NCBI GenBank assembly: GCA_964449285.1
Contig: CAYUZX010000003.1
Coordinates: forward strand, 942-64,941
Reading direction: 5' to 3'
Origin: an uncultured Prolixibacteraceae bacterium
GTDB lineage: Bacteria; Bacteroidota; Bacteroidia; Bacteroidales; FEN-979
Length of the DNA stretch: 64,000 nucleotides
The notes under the pieces were generated by a model. It made no database searches, had not been told where the DNA came from, and was given only the letters and a program-made list of their open reading frames with translations. The position numbers and the translations under genes were made by a program. Below, piece after piece: positions 1 through 8,565 of the stretch (its first letter is position 1; every line of letters begins with the position of its first letter).

Positions 1-1377
1 TACCTGGTCGGATTGAAGCCGCTTTGCCAGGATTCGTTTATCCCGGTCGAGGATATAGATCACAGGAGTGGTTTGGATGTCATAGAGTTCATGGTAATCT
101 CCTGTGAGAGTCCGGGGACCGTTTACATTGACCCATGTCATCTTCTTCTTTTGAATGTGCTCCTTCATTTTTGCCATCGATGTGTCGGAGCAAACGGAAA
201 AAATCTCCAGCTCATATTTCTCTTTATACTTATCATACAGCTCCCTCAGATGGGGAATCTCCTTTTCACAGTGGCCACAATCGGGATCCCAGAAAAGAAG
301 TATCGTGATAAACGCGTTGACATTATAAAGAGAAACAAGCTGGTCGGTGGTGTCCATCATGATCATATTCGGGGCATGGCTGCCCAGTAACAACGGCCGG
401 ATGCGGTTGGCCTTTTTCAGGATATTCTCCAGCACCGGTCCCGAAACCCAGGTAGCCTCACCGGTCACATAGTATTGGTCAACAATGTCGACGAACACCT
501 TATCGAATCCCATGATCTCAGAGTTTTCGTAGTGGTAAGTGATGAACCACACAATGTACTTGAACATCTCGGGATCAGGACGCGCTTTCTCGATAAGGAT
601 TACCGACTCTTTGAAAATTGAATCGGGATTTTGAACTACCACCTGGTCAAAATACTTCTTCAACTTATTGTGGAAGACAGGGGTCCGGATCAACCGGTTG
701 TCGGTCAGGTTCATGTCATCCCAGTAGTGTTCCTTGAAGTATCGGTAAGCATAGGTTGAATCTTTTCTTCCGTTGGGCAAAGTGGGAACTTCAGTAATCA
801 CAGGCTCTTTCATAGCATTAATGAGCATTGCCAGGAAGGAAAACGGCCGCTCCCGGGCAATGTTGAGCTTGTAGTCAATAATCTCGTTATTCAACTGAAC
901 GATCTGATCATTGATAACTTTTACAGAATCCTCATTGTTTTCAATAGTTTTCAAATGTTGTTGAAGCGCCTGGATACGTTTGAACTTCTCCTGGTTATAG
1001 CGCATATAGGCATAAAACTCTTCGTTGTCAAGCGATCCGGAGATCTTCATCTCTCCCACAGGATCCCTCTTATCTGTCTCCATTGTAAATTTCATGTCGT
1101 TATTAAGCACGAAGTCGAAATAGACCTTATCCGAGATTACCAGGATATAAACTCCGCGTGGTTGATCGGCAGGTGCAGTAAAAGTTGCTATTCCTTTTCC
1201 ATCCACTTCCAGTGTATCGGTGACATAGGTCCCGTTCCCATAATAATTAGCAACCAGGCAAATGGAATCTTTCAGCCCATGAATTTTAAACTTCACCACA
1301 TAACCATCCTGTCCGGCAAACAGGGAGAGGGGAAGTACGAGCAGTATAAGGATTATGGAAGATTGAGTTTTAGTCAT
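1..1377 (-). CDS. Thioredoxin-fold thiol:disulfide oxidoreductase lipoprotein (TlpA/AhpC-TSA-like with long N-terminal domain); 3' end runs off the window
   Basis: Absent from the ORF track because it has no stop in the window. The minus frame from ATG at 1375-1377 stays open to nt 1: MTKTQSSIILILLVLPLSLFAGQ...ILLFWDPDCGHCEKEIPHLRELY...TTPVIYILDRDKRILAKRL. The CGHC redox motif is encoded at 268-279. The plus-strand ORFs 13..390 and 955..1398 are antisense shadows. Confidence 0.8.
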   Translation of the reverse strand, partial: MTKTQSSIILILLVLPLSLFAGQDGYVVKFKIHGLKDSICLVANYYGNGTYVTDTLEVDGKGIATFTAPADQPRGVYILVISDKVYFDFVLNNDMKFTMETDKRDPVGEMKISGSLDNEEFYAYMRYNQEKFKRIQALQQHLKTIENNEDSVKVINDQIVQLNNEIIDYKLNIARERPFSFLAMLINAMKEPVITEVPTLPNGRKDSTYAYRYFKEHYWDDMNLTDNRLIRTPVFHNKLKKYFDQVVVQNPDSIFKESVILIEKARPDPEMFKYIVWFITYHYENSEIMGFDKVFVDIVDQYYVTGEATWVSGPVLENILKKANRIRPLLLGSHAPNMIMMDTTDQLVSLYNVNAFITILLFWDPDCGHCEKEIPHLRELYDKYKEKYELEIFSVCSDTSMAKMKEHIQKKKMTWVNVNGPRTLTGDYHELYDIQTTPVIYILDRDKRILAKRLQSDQV

Positions 1378-1384
1378 TGGTTGT

Positions 1385-1408
1385 TAGTCATTAAGTAATT
1401 AAGTCATT
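1385..1408. repeat. Degenerate octamer tandem array x3 (TAGTCATT AAGTAATT AAGTCATT), with a further TAGTCATT copy at 1371-1378
   Basis: Read directly from the sequence. It sits in the spacer upstream of the thioredoxin-fold gene. Confidence 0.7.
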
Positions 1409-1428
1409 TGAAAAAGGATATGAGATCA

Positions 1429-1449
1429 GAAATACGAAATATGAAAATA
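1429..1449. repeat. Degenerate heptamer tandem array x3 (GAAATAC GAAATAT GAAAATA)
   Basis: Read directly from the sequence. Confidence 0.7.
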
Positions 1450-1456
1450 AAACGCC

Positions 1457-2170
1457 TCACGTCCCTCGTCCTTCGTCCCTCGTCCCTCGTTCCTCATCCA
1501 ACGTATATGGAACGAAAAAAAACTCAACAAAGATATATCCCAGCAGTTCATTCATAACTTCTCTGAAGCCTTTGCTGGATTTCCACCAATCATTTCGACC
1601 ATAATAAAAACTTTTGATTGAAATAATTCCCACTTCGAAATTGTCGCCAAGAGCTGCCTGGAACATCATTTGGCTCCTGCGGCTGTGAGGCCCATAGCTC
1701 ATCAGGTTTATTGCTTTCACTTCAGGGTGAAACTCCTTAATGTAGCCTGCCAACGCAAGAGCTGAATTGAATGTCCGGTCATTTCTGATTTCATCCGTTG
1801 CGACTGCCACTAAAAGTGTCGTATCAAATCCCATTTTTTTAAGGGAGCTTTCACTCACCGAAGCCGTATTCCCATAGTCGATAAGTAGATGGCCCCATTC
1901 TAACGGAGTTCCGGTTGTAATTAATAACTTGTAGTGATTCACATTAAATTCATGAATAGCAGAATCGAGAACATAGTCTGGGACTGCTCCTTCCAGCACC
2001 AGCACGTCAGCTTCTACGCGGTGGGTAGGCGCTAAAAAACGATACGTCCTGGTTATCAACAAGAAAATAGTCAGAATGACAATCAGCAGGATCGACAGCC
2101 AGCCCCATATGGTAAGGCCCCACCTCATCCGTTTACTGATCACACCATAATGTTTAACTGATTTTGTCAT
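1457..2170 (-). CDS. ElyC/SanA/YdcF (DUF218) family membrane protein
   Basis: ORF 1457..2215. The likely start is the ATG at 2168-2170 (MTKSVKHYG), right after the upstream stop. It has an N-terminal TM helix followed by a DUF218-like core (VLVLEGAVPDY, LLITTGTP, MSYGPHSRRS). Confidence 0.6.
   Translation of the reverse strand: MTKSVKHYGVISKRMRWGLTIWGWLSILLIVILTIFLLITRTYRFLAPTHRVEADVLVLEGAVPDYVLDSAIHEFNVNHYKLLITTGTPLEWGHLLIDYGNTASVSESSLKKMGFDTTLLVAVATDEIRNDRTFNSALALAGYIKEFHPEVKAINLMSYGPHSRRSQMMFQAALGDNFEVGIISIKSFYYGRNDWWKSSKGFREVMNELLGYIFVEFFFVPYTLDEERGTRDEGRGT
1460..1494. repeat. Degenerate heptamer tandem array x5 (CGTCCCT CGTCCTT CGTCCCT CGTCCCT CGTTCCT)
   Basis: Read directly from the sequence. 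It starts immediately next to the stop codon (1457-1459) of the DUF218 gene and encodes that gene's last 12 residues. Confidence 0.85.
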
Positions 2171-2171
2171 A

Positions 2172-3734
2172 TTAATCGTAATTATCTTCCAAGTGTTCTT
2201 TCCGCAGCAAATCATTCACTGTCTTCACAGGATTGAACGTAATGATAGGGGTCTCCACGAAGACGGTAATCCAGTTTGACATGGCTCCATTCCAGAGTCC
2301 GGGGAGTTCCTGTGCTTTCAGATTCCTGCCTTCACTCGACTTAAGGGAGATAAGCCCCGCATCATCATCCACAAATTCATCCAGGTCAAAGAACTCGCCC
2401 TGGAAATCCCGGATCGAACATACCAGGTCAACAGGGTTGAAGTGCGTTGCACTGTCAACGATGGCTTTTTGTTCCGGATTCTTCAGGTCTATCTGGGCAG
2501 ATTCAACGATCTGGAGAGAATCAATGTCATCACTACCTTTTACCCAGAATGGGCCTCCCCCCGGCTCTCCCTCATTTTTGACCATCCCGCAAACTCTGAT
2601 TGGCCTGTTCAGGAGCAGGATCAGTTTCTCCTGCTGCTCCTTCAGGGAGAGCTGGGAGAAATCGATGGGAAGTGTCATCCACATATGGCTACCCATAAAC
2701 TTTACCATCTCGGTGATCTGCTTTTCAGGCAGATCATGACTGGTAGCAGCTATAAGAAAACCGTTGACGTGGTTGCGCAGGTATAGCAGATAACCTCCAA
2801 TAAGCTTTTTATAACTGTATGTCGTAATCTTGAGCCTGTCGGGAACTATATTGTCAATGTTTTTAACAAAGATGATATCACCATCTAAATTATTCAGGTT
2901 TTTCAGGAGGGCACCGTGTCCGGCCGGGCGAAATAGGAGGGATCCGTCAGCATTCCGGAAAGGTTTATTCTTCTCATCAACAGCAATGGTATCCGTTGAG
3001 GGAAGCTGTTCTGAAAAACCGATGGAGAAGGTAACTCCGAACAGTTTCTCGTAAATTTCCTTCACCTTGTCGAAAAGCTCCAGGAACTTCTCTTTGTGCT
3101 CGGGGGAGATGGTAAAGTGGATCCGGGCCGTGTCATCGCTGTTTCTGGCATAGTTAGCTGCTTCCACTAGATGCTCCTCGGCAGCGGTACGAGCTCCATC
3201 AGGGTAATTATGAAAAAGGATCAACCCTTTGGGTAGGTTGGCATAATTCAATCCCTTTTCCTCCAGGATAAAACTAATGAGCAGATCATGCCGCCATGAT
3301 TCAACCAGCTCTTCCGTATCGAGTCCACGCCTTGAGAGGATACCCTGAAGGGTACTAAAGAAGGCAATCTCAGGTAGGTGAGACACCAGATATGAAACCG
3401 AGTTGAAATCGCTATCCTTCTGAAAGGCATCTCGCTGGGCCTGATTACCGTTGAATGAGTCCTTAAACTCAAACAGATGTTTGAACATACGGGTAGCAGC
3501 ACCCGAAGCCGGAACGAACTTCACCACCCGGAGTTCCTTCAGGTGGTTAGTATAATAGTGTATAAAATAGGAGAGTTCATCTTCACAGAATGAGAAGATC
3601 CCATCCCCGGAAGTAGCTGGCCTGACAAGATTAATAAAAGGAAAACCGCTCCTGAAATTTCCGATCTGCCTGTCAATAACAGAGAGCTTAATCCCTTTTG
3701 CTTCTATCTGTATCAGATCCTTTTCAGTGAACAT
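2172..3734 (-). CDS. DUF4301 family protein
   Basis: 520 aa. The N-terminus MFTEKDLIQIEAKGIKLSVIDRQIGNFRSGFPFINLVRPATSGDGI matches my recollection of DUF4301 proteins of Bacteroidota. Confidence 0.55.
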   Translation of the reverse strand: MFTEKDLIQIEAKGIKLSVIDRQIGNFRSGFPFINLVRPATSGDGIFSFCEDELSYFIHYYTNHLKELRVVKFVPASGAATRMFKHLFEFKDSFNGNQAQRDAFQKDSDFNSVSYLVSHLPEIAFFSTLQGILSRRGLDTEELVESWRHDLLISFILEEKGLNYANLPKGLILFHNYPDGARTAAEEHLVEAANYARNSDDTARIHFTISPEHKEKFLELFDKVKEIYEKLFGVTFSIGFSEQLPSTDTIAVDEKNKPFRNADGSLLFRPAGHGALLKNLNNLDGDIIFVKNIDNIVPDRLKITTYSYKKLIGGYLLYLRNHVNGFLIAATSHDLPEKQITEMVKFMGSHMWMTLPIDFSQLSLKEQQEKLILLLNRPIRVCGMVKNEGEPGGGPFWVKGSDDIDSLQIVESAQIDLKNPEQKAIVDSATHFNPVDLVCSIRDFQGEFFDLDEFVDDDAGLISLKSSEGRNLKAQELPGLWNGAMSNWITVFVETPIITFNPVKTVNDLLRKEHLEDNYD

Positions 3735-3762
3735 AAACGATTATTTTGTACTTTTATACGCA

Positions 3763-3770
3763 CAAATATA
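3763..3770 (-). promoter_or_regulatory. Bacteroidota sigma-A -7 box TAnnTTTG (TATATTTG on the minus strand)
   Basis: An exact motif match 28 nt upstream of the DUF4301 start at 3734. Confidence 0.4.
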
Positions 3771-3779
3771 TCTGAAAAA

Positions 3780-5480
3780 ATGAGAAGAGTAACCGCTACC
3801 CTCGTATTCTTTTTGCTGTTCCTGGCTGTAAAATCACAAATAGCGCCCGATAAATACTTCGTGGAATTTACTGATAAAAACAACTCCCCATACTCCATCG
3901 ACAAGCCCTGGGAGTTTCTCTCGCAACGCGCACTCGACCGCAGGGCAGTCGCAGGGATTCCGATAGAGCTGAATGATCTGCCTGTCAACCCTGATTATAT
4001 TGCAGCTATCAGCCTGATTGGGGTTGAGGTTATTACACGTTCAAAATGGTTTAATGGAGTCACAATCTATACAACTGATCCAGCCAAGATTGCTGAGATC
4101 GAACTGCTGCCTTTTGTAACCCGTGTGGTAAAATGTGGCATGAAGGTTACCGAACCAGTTCCAATAGCGGATAAATTCGCTATGGAAGAGATGCTGGTGA
4201 TTCCGCTGAGTTCACCTTCTGAAGTCCCTCTGAAGATCTCTGATTCAGCTGATTACGGCCTCTCATTTACCCAGGTTCACATGGTCCGTACCGACATGCT
4301 ACACGACCTTGGTTTCCGCGGCGAAGGGATGATGATTGCCATACTTGATGCCGGGTTTAACCTTGTGGACCAACTCGTCCCTTTTGATAGCCTCTGGGCG
4401 AACAACCAGATCCTTGGAGCCCGGGACTTTGTTACGCCGGGAGGAAACGTCTTCATTGGGCATACGCATGGCATGAGTGTCCTCTCCATCATGGGAGGAT
4501 ATGTCCCGGGTCAGCTGATTGGAACTGCGCCTAAAGCCGATTACTGGCTATTGCGGTCGGAGGATGGCGGCTCTGAATACCTCGTTGAAGAGTATAACTG
4601 GGTTTGTGCGGCTGAATTTGCCGACAGTGTGGGTGCCGATGTAATCAACTCATCTCTGGGTTATACTGTGTTTGACGACTCTACCCAGAACCATACTTGC
4701 GCAGATATGACAGGCAACACAACACCGGTTACCCGCGGAGCTAACATCGCATCCAGCAAGGGGATTCTGGTGGTTAACAGTGCCGGCAATGAAGGGAATA
4801 ACCAGAACTGGCAATGTGTCAGCGCTCCATCAGATGGAACTGATGTGCTTTCAGTAGCTGCAGTCGATTCGCTTGGTCACTATGCCTCATTTAGTTCAAA
4901 AGGCACAGTTGACGGATTGTACGTCAAGCCCAATGTTGCTGCAATGGGACGGGCTACTGTCATCTCTGGTTCAGACGGAACCATTATTCGAGGCAGTGGC
5001 ACTTCTTTCTCCTCTCCGGTGATGGCTGGGTCAGCCGCCTGTCTCTGGCAAGCTTTTCCGGAATTCTCAAATGCAACATTAAAGATGGCTATCGAAGAGT
5101 GTGCCTCTCAATTTACCCATCCCGATATTTTTCTCGGATATGGAATTCCCAATCTCTTCGAAGCGTATGAGCGACTCACAAGTATAAGCCCTATATTCAG
5201 TGAAGGTTCAGTCGTTGTATATCCGAATCCTTCTAACGGAGCGGAATCGATCCATGTTAAGGTCAATACAACTTCAGCACAAAACTTACAAGCTCAGGTA
5301 ATAGATATCACAGGCAAGCAAATTTATAAAAGGAATGATATCTGGTGCTTGGCTGGTGAAAACATCATCAGTTTCAGCGATCTTGCTTTTCTGAAGCAAG
5401 GAATCTATATCCTGAAAGTCTGGAGCCAGGATGGCCCTGCATTTTTCGAAACAAAAGTGATCCAAAGACTTGAATGGTAA
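3780..5480 (+). CDS. S8 family (subtilisin-like) serine peptidase with T9SS type A C-terminal sorting domain
   Basis: Signal peptide. Catalytic triad contexts are AILDAGF (Asp), HTHGMSV (His) and GTSFSSPVMAG (Ser). The C-terminus VVYPNPSNG...GIYILKV is typical of a T9SS CTD. Confidence 0.9.
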   Translation: MRRVTATLVFFLLFLAVKSQIAPDKYFVEFTDKNNSPYSIDKPWEFLSQRALDRRAVAGIPIELNDLPVNPDYIAAISLIGVEVITRSKWFNGVTIYTTDPAKIAEIELLPFVTRVVKCGMKVTEPVPIADKFAMEEMLVIPLSSPSEVPLKISDSADYGLSFTQVHMVRTDMLHDLGFRGEGMMIAILDAGFNLVDQLVPFDSLWANNQILGARDFVTPGGNVFIGHTHGMSVLSIMGGYVPGQLIGTAPKADYWLLRSEDGGSEYLVEEYNWVCAAEFADSVGADVINSSLGYTVFDDSTQNHTCADMTGNTTPVTRGANIASSKGILVVNSAGNEGNNQNWQCVSAPSDGTDVLSVAAVDSLGHYASFSSKGTVDGLYVKPNVAAMGRATVISGSDGTIIRGSGTSFSSPVMAGSAACLWQAFPEFSNATLKMAIEECASQFTHPDIFLGYGIPNLFEAYERLTSISPIFSEGSVVVYPNPSNGAESIHVKVNTTSAQNLQAQVIDITGKQIYKRNDIWCLAGENIISFSDLAFLKQGIYILKVWSQDGPAFFETKVIQRLEW

Positions 5481-5508
5481 CTGCCAACTGTCCACTGCCC
5501 ACTGCCTA
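5481..5508. repeat. Degenerate heptamer tandem array x4 (CTGCCAA CTGTCCA CTGCCCA CTGCCTA)
   Basis: Read directly from the sequence. It fills the whole spacer between the convergent stops at 5478-5480 and 5506-5508. Confidence 0.85.
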
Positions 5509-5928
5509 CTTCATCTCCTCCATCCCGGAGAAGAAAAAGCTACACTCTATCTCTGCATTCTCATCGGAATCTGATCCGTGAATGGCATTCCTGCCAAGAT
5601 CGGTCCCATAGAGTTTACGAATGGTTCCATCAGCTGCATCCACCGGGTTAGTTGCTCCGATCAATGTGCGGTAATCCTGAACGGCATTCTCTTTCTTCAG
5701 AACTGCAGCAACAATAGGCCCTGAAGACATATAGTCGGTCAGGGATTCAAAAAAAGGCCGGTCTTTATGGACGTTATAAAAGGCTTCAGCTTCACGTTTG
5801 CACAGGTGAACCATCTTCAGTGAGACAATCAAGTACCCCTCTGCCAGGATCCTGTCGAGGATCTTTCCTGCATATAACTGCGAAACAGCTGTAGGCTTAA
5901 TCATTGTAAATGTCTTATTTCCAGTCAT
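5506..5928 (-). CDS. ndk: Nucleoside-diphosphate kinase
   Basis: [12 protein letters not shown]...[10 protein letters not shown]...SGPIVAAVL...GATNP...GTIRKLYG...NAIHGSDS. The track start at 5949 is a TTG; the ATG at 5926-5928 (MTGNKTF) is preferred. Confidence 0.95.
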   Translation of the reverse strand: MTGNKTFTMIKPTAVSQLYAGKILDRILAEGYLIVSLKMVHLCKREAEAFYNVHKDRPFFESLTDYMSSGPIVAAVLKKENAVQDYRTLIGATNPVDAADGTIRKLYGTDLGRNAIHGSDSDENAEIECSFFFSGMEEMK

Positions 5929-5946
5929 AGTCAAGTTGATTTGCTG

Positions 5947-5954
5947 CAAAATTA
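5947..5954 (-). promoter_or_regulatory. -7 box TAATTTTG (minus strand) upstream of ndk
   Basis: An exact TAnnTTTG match 18 nt upstream of the ATG at 5928. Confidence 0.35.
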
Positions 5955-5974
5955 CAGATAATTTTAATTTATCT

Positions 5975-5982
5975 TAATTTTG
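5975..5982 (+). promoter_or_regulatory. -7 box TAATTTTG upstream of the DHH phosphoesterase gene
   Basis: An exact TAnnTTTG match 25 nt upstream of the start at 6008. Confidence 0.4.
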
Positions 5983-6007
5983 CACCCTGCTCACTAAATT
6001 CATTCAC

Positions 6008-7030
6008 TTGAAAAATACAGATTTTTCGAAGGTTAAGAAATTGCTGGCTTCACCTCAGAACATTTTACTTACAACCCATACGAACCCCGATGGAGACGCC
6101 ATTGGATCGTCCCTCGCTTTTTACAGGTACCTTGCCATGAAAGGCCATATTGTCGCAATGATGGTTCCAGACGTCTTTCCATCGTTCCTGGCCTGGCTGA
6201 CTGATGCAGAGAAGATCATCGTCTTCTCCATGCAGAAAGAGCAAGCTCTCCATGCGATTGCTGACGCAACTGTCATTTTCTCCCTTGACTACAATGACCT
6301 GAGCAGGTTGAAGGATGCCTGCGACCCAGTGAAGGAGTCCTCAGCCGTTAAAGTCGTCCTAGATCACCATCTATATCCAGCGGATCATTACGATCTGAAG
6401 ATTTCAATAACAAATACCTCTTCGACTGCTGAACTGGTTTTCGACTTTATCCTTGCGATGGGAGATGAAGAGTTGATTGACACTGCAATAGCAGAATCTT
6501 TATATACGGGAATAGTTACCGATACGGGATCGTTTAGCTATGCCTGCAACTATGTGAAAACATACGAAGCGACCGCAGCCCTATTCCGGTGTGGAATTGA
6601 CGGAGAGCATATTCACAGGTTGATTTACGATACCTATTCAGAACATCGCTTACGCTTGCTGGGATATTCTTTGAGCGATAAATTGGTTGTTTTGCCAGAG
6701 TTTCACACAGCATATATCTACCTCTCTTCAGAAGATCTGGATCGATTTCATTATAAAATAGGAGATACAGAAGGGGTGGTCAATTATGCGCTCTCCATTG
6801 AAGGGATTAACCTGGCAGCTCTCTTTTCCGAACGCGATAATTCAATCCGGATTTCGTTCAGGTCAAAGGGTGATTTTTCAGTAGAACGACTCGCAAGTGA
6901 ATATTTTGATGGGGGAGGTCATTCAAATGCTTCCGGAGCAACCAGTTATCTCTCTATGGAAGATACTGTAAAAAAGTTCCGGGAACTGCTTCCTAAATAC
7001 CGGGAAGCTTTATCAGAGGTCTACAAATGA
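6008..7030 (+). CDS. DHH/DHHA1 family phosphoesterase (NrnA-like oligoribonuclease / pAp phosphatase)
   Basis: Motifs HTNPDGDAIGS, LDHH and GGGHSNASGA. The start codon is TTG. Confidence 0.85.
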   Translation: MKNTDFSKVKKLLASPQNILLTTHTNPDGDAIGSSLAFYRYLAMKGHIVAMMVPDVFPSFLAWLTDAEKIIVFSMQKEQALHAIADATVIFSLDYNDLSRLKDACDPVKESSAVKVVLDHHLYPADHYDLKISITNTSSTAELVFDFILAMGDEELIDTAIAESLYTGIVTDTGSFSYACNYVKTYEATAALFRCGIDGEHIHRLIYDTYSEHRLRLLGYSLSDKLVVLPEFHTAYIYLSSEDLDRFHYKIGDTEGVVNYALSIEGINLAALFSERDNSIRISFRSKGDFSVERLASEYFDGGGHSNASGATSYLSMEDTVKKFRELLPKYREALSEVYK

Positions 7031-7584
7031 ATGTCAATTTAAACAGATTGAGAGAGAGCATTTTCGCCGGACTCATCCTTGCTATTTTGCTTATGGCTGC
7101 TTGCAAGGAGTCTCCCCGGCCCGCTACGGCTACATCACATATCCGCCTTGACAACGAAACGCTGATCGATTATAACCGGAGTGTTGTCAGGACCGAAGAG
7201 CAGGAGATCGCAAACTTTCTGACGAGATACGGATGGGATATGAAACAGACTTCCACGGGTTTGCGCTACCTTATATATCGGAATGGGATTGGCAGGAAGT
7301 CCAGCACAGGGATGATGGTCCGCTTCCGTTATACGGTGAAGTTGCTGAACGGAACAATTATTTACTCTTCGGATTCCCTGGGAGAAAAAACGTTTATATT
7401 AGGACATGGAGGGGTTGAAACGGGGCTTGAAGAGGGGATGCTGCTTCTCAGGGAGGGAGACCGGGCAAAATTTATCATTCCATCATACCTGGCTTTCGGA
7501 TTGCTTGGGGATCAGGACAAGGTTCCTCCGGCAGCCTCATTGGTGTATGATGTGGACATAATTGAGTTTAAAACAACTAAATAG
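7027..7584 (+). CDS. FKBP-type peptidyl-prolyl cis-trans isomerase lipoprotein (GldI-like in size and architecture)
   Basis: Lipobox LLMAAC. The FKBP_C core runs GLRYLIYRNG...RFRYTVKLLNGTIIYSS...FGLLGDQDKVPPAASLVYDVDIIEF. Confidence 0.8.
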   Translation: MNVNLNRLRESIFAGLILAILLMAACKESPRPATATSHIRLDNETLIDYNRSVVRTEEQEIANFLTRYGWDMKQTSTGLRYLIYRNGIGRKSSTGMMVRFRYTVKLLNGTIIYSSDSLGEKTFILGHGGVETGLEEGMLLLREGDRAKFIIPSYLAFGLLGDQDKVPPAASLVYDVDIIEFKTTK

Positions 7585-7590
7585 AAACCC

Positions 7591-8535
7591 ATGAATTACA
7601 ATCGAACGATGAGTAAATTGCTGAATTTACTTGTTATCATGATTCTTGTTTTAATATGGGGATGCAAGTCTGGTCAGGATGACTTCCAGACAACCCCTGG
7701 CGGACTCTCCTACAAATTTCACCAACAGAACAAGGCAGGTATAGGAGTTTTGCCTGGAGATTTGATTACAGCAGATGTCATATTCAGAACGGCCGATACC
7801 GTTTTCTTTGTCAGTTCAAGGGACCTTACGGTTCCTTACCAGTTTGAGATACTGGAGCCCAGGTTCCCCGGCGATATTTACGATGCATTTCTGATTATGG
7901 CTGTGGGCGATAGTGCAACTTTTATCCTTAACGGAGACTCACTCTTTCTTCTCGATTTTGAGATTCAGGAGTTTCCCGATTTTATTGATGCTACTACAAA
8001 CGTGTTCATGGATGTTAAATTACAAGATGTACTTCCCCGGGATGAATTTGCAAAGGAAAAAGAGTCCTACAAAGGTAGGGTTGATAAGATGTTGATCGAA
8101 CTCAAGGAGAAGGAGGTGAGTGATATCAATGTATACATTAACCAAAACAACATTCATGTAAAGCCAACGGAATCAGGGCTTTATTTTATTGAATTAGAAA
8201 AGGGGAGAGGACCTTCCGTAACATCAGGAAAATCAATCAAAGTGGATTATTCTGCAATGTTCATAAATGGTGAAATCTTTGAGACATCGATCAGGGATAT
8301 CGCCATGAAATATGATATATTTGACTCCACGTTTACGTATCAACCTTTCCAGTATCGGCACGGCGATTCCCTTACAATTGCTGGCTGGAATGAGGGGTTG
8401 TCATACATGAAACAGGGCGGACGAGCGCTTTTAATTGTTCCGTCCGCTTTGGCATACGGGGAAGAAGGTGTTGAGGGATTCATTCCGCCTTTTACACCGT
8501 TGATTTATACAGTTGAGATTTTAGAAGTAAAATAA
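7591..8535 (+). CDS. FKBP-type peptidyl-prolyl isomerase (N-terminal FKBP-like domain plus C-terminal FKBP domain)
   Basis: Signal/lipobox WGC. The C-terminal domain runs GLYFIELEKG...GWNEGLSYMKQGGRALLIVPSALAYGEEG...IPPFTPLIYTVEILEV. Confidence 0.8.
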   Translation: MNYNRTMSKLLNLLVIMILVLIWGCKSGQDDFQTTPGGLSYKFHQQNKAGIGVLPGDLITADVIFRTADTVFFVSSRDLTVPYQFEILEPRFPGDIYDAFLIMAVGDSATFILNGDSLFLLDFEIQEFPDFIDATTNVFMDVKLQDVLPRDEFAKEKESYKGRVDKMLIELKEKEVSDINVYINQNNIHVKPTESGLYFIELEKGRGPSVTSGKSIKVDYSAMFINGEIFETSIRDIAMKYDIFDSTFTYQPFQYRHGDSLTIAGWNEGLSYMKQGGRALLIVPSALAYGEEGVEGFIPPFTPLIYTVEILEVK

Positions 8536-8565
8536 ATATAAACAAGTATTGAAATTGAATAGATT

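Noticed and set aside
13-1398. Plus-strand track ORFs 13..390 (125 aa) and 955..1398 (147 aa).
   Set aside because: Both lie antisense to a continuous minus-strand reading frame (1-1377) that encodes a clearly recognisable CGHC thioredoxin-fold protein. The plus-strand translations are low-complexity and match no family.
1385-1494. Whether the short tandem arrays here and at 5481, 62667, 63537 and 63594 could be CRISPR or minisatellite-type elements.
   Set aside because: The units are 6-8 nt with no spacers, and the arrays are under 40 nt. No cas genes are in the window. They are micro-repeat arrays, not CRISPR.
2233-2786. Antisense ORFs 2233..2739 (168 aa) and 2442..2786 (114 aa), and similar long shadow ORFs elsewhere: 40796..41338, 50893..51369, 57800..58258, 62136..62600, 62981..63478, 47354..47830.
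   Set aside because: Each is fully contained within, and opposite to or out of frame with, a gene that has strong family motifs. Their sequences are Ser/Arg/Leu-rich in the way typical of shadow frames. There is no independent start context or -7 box.
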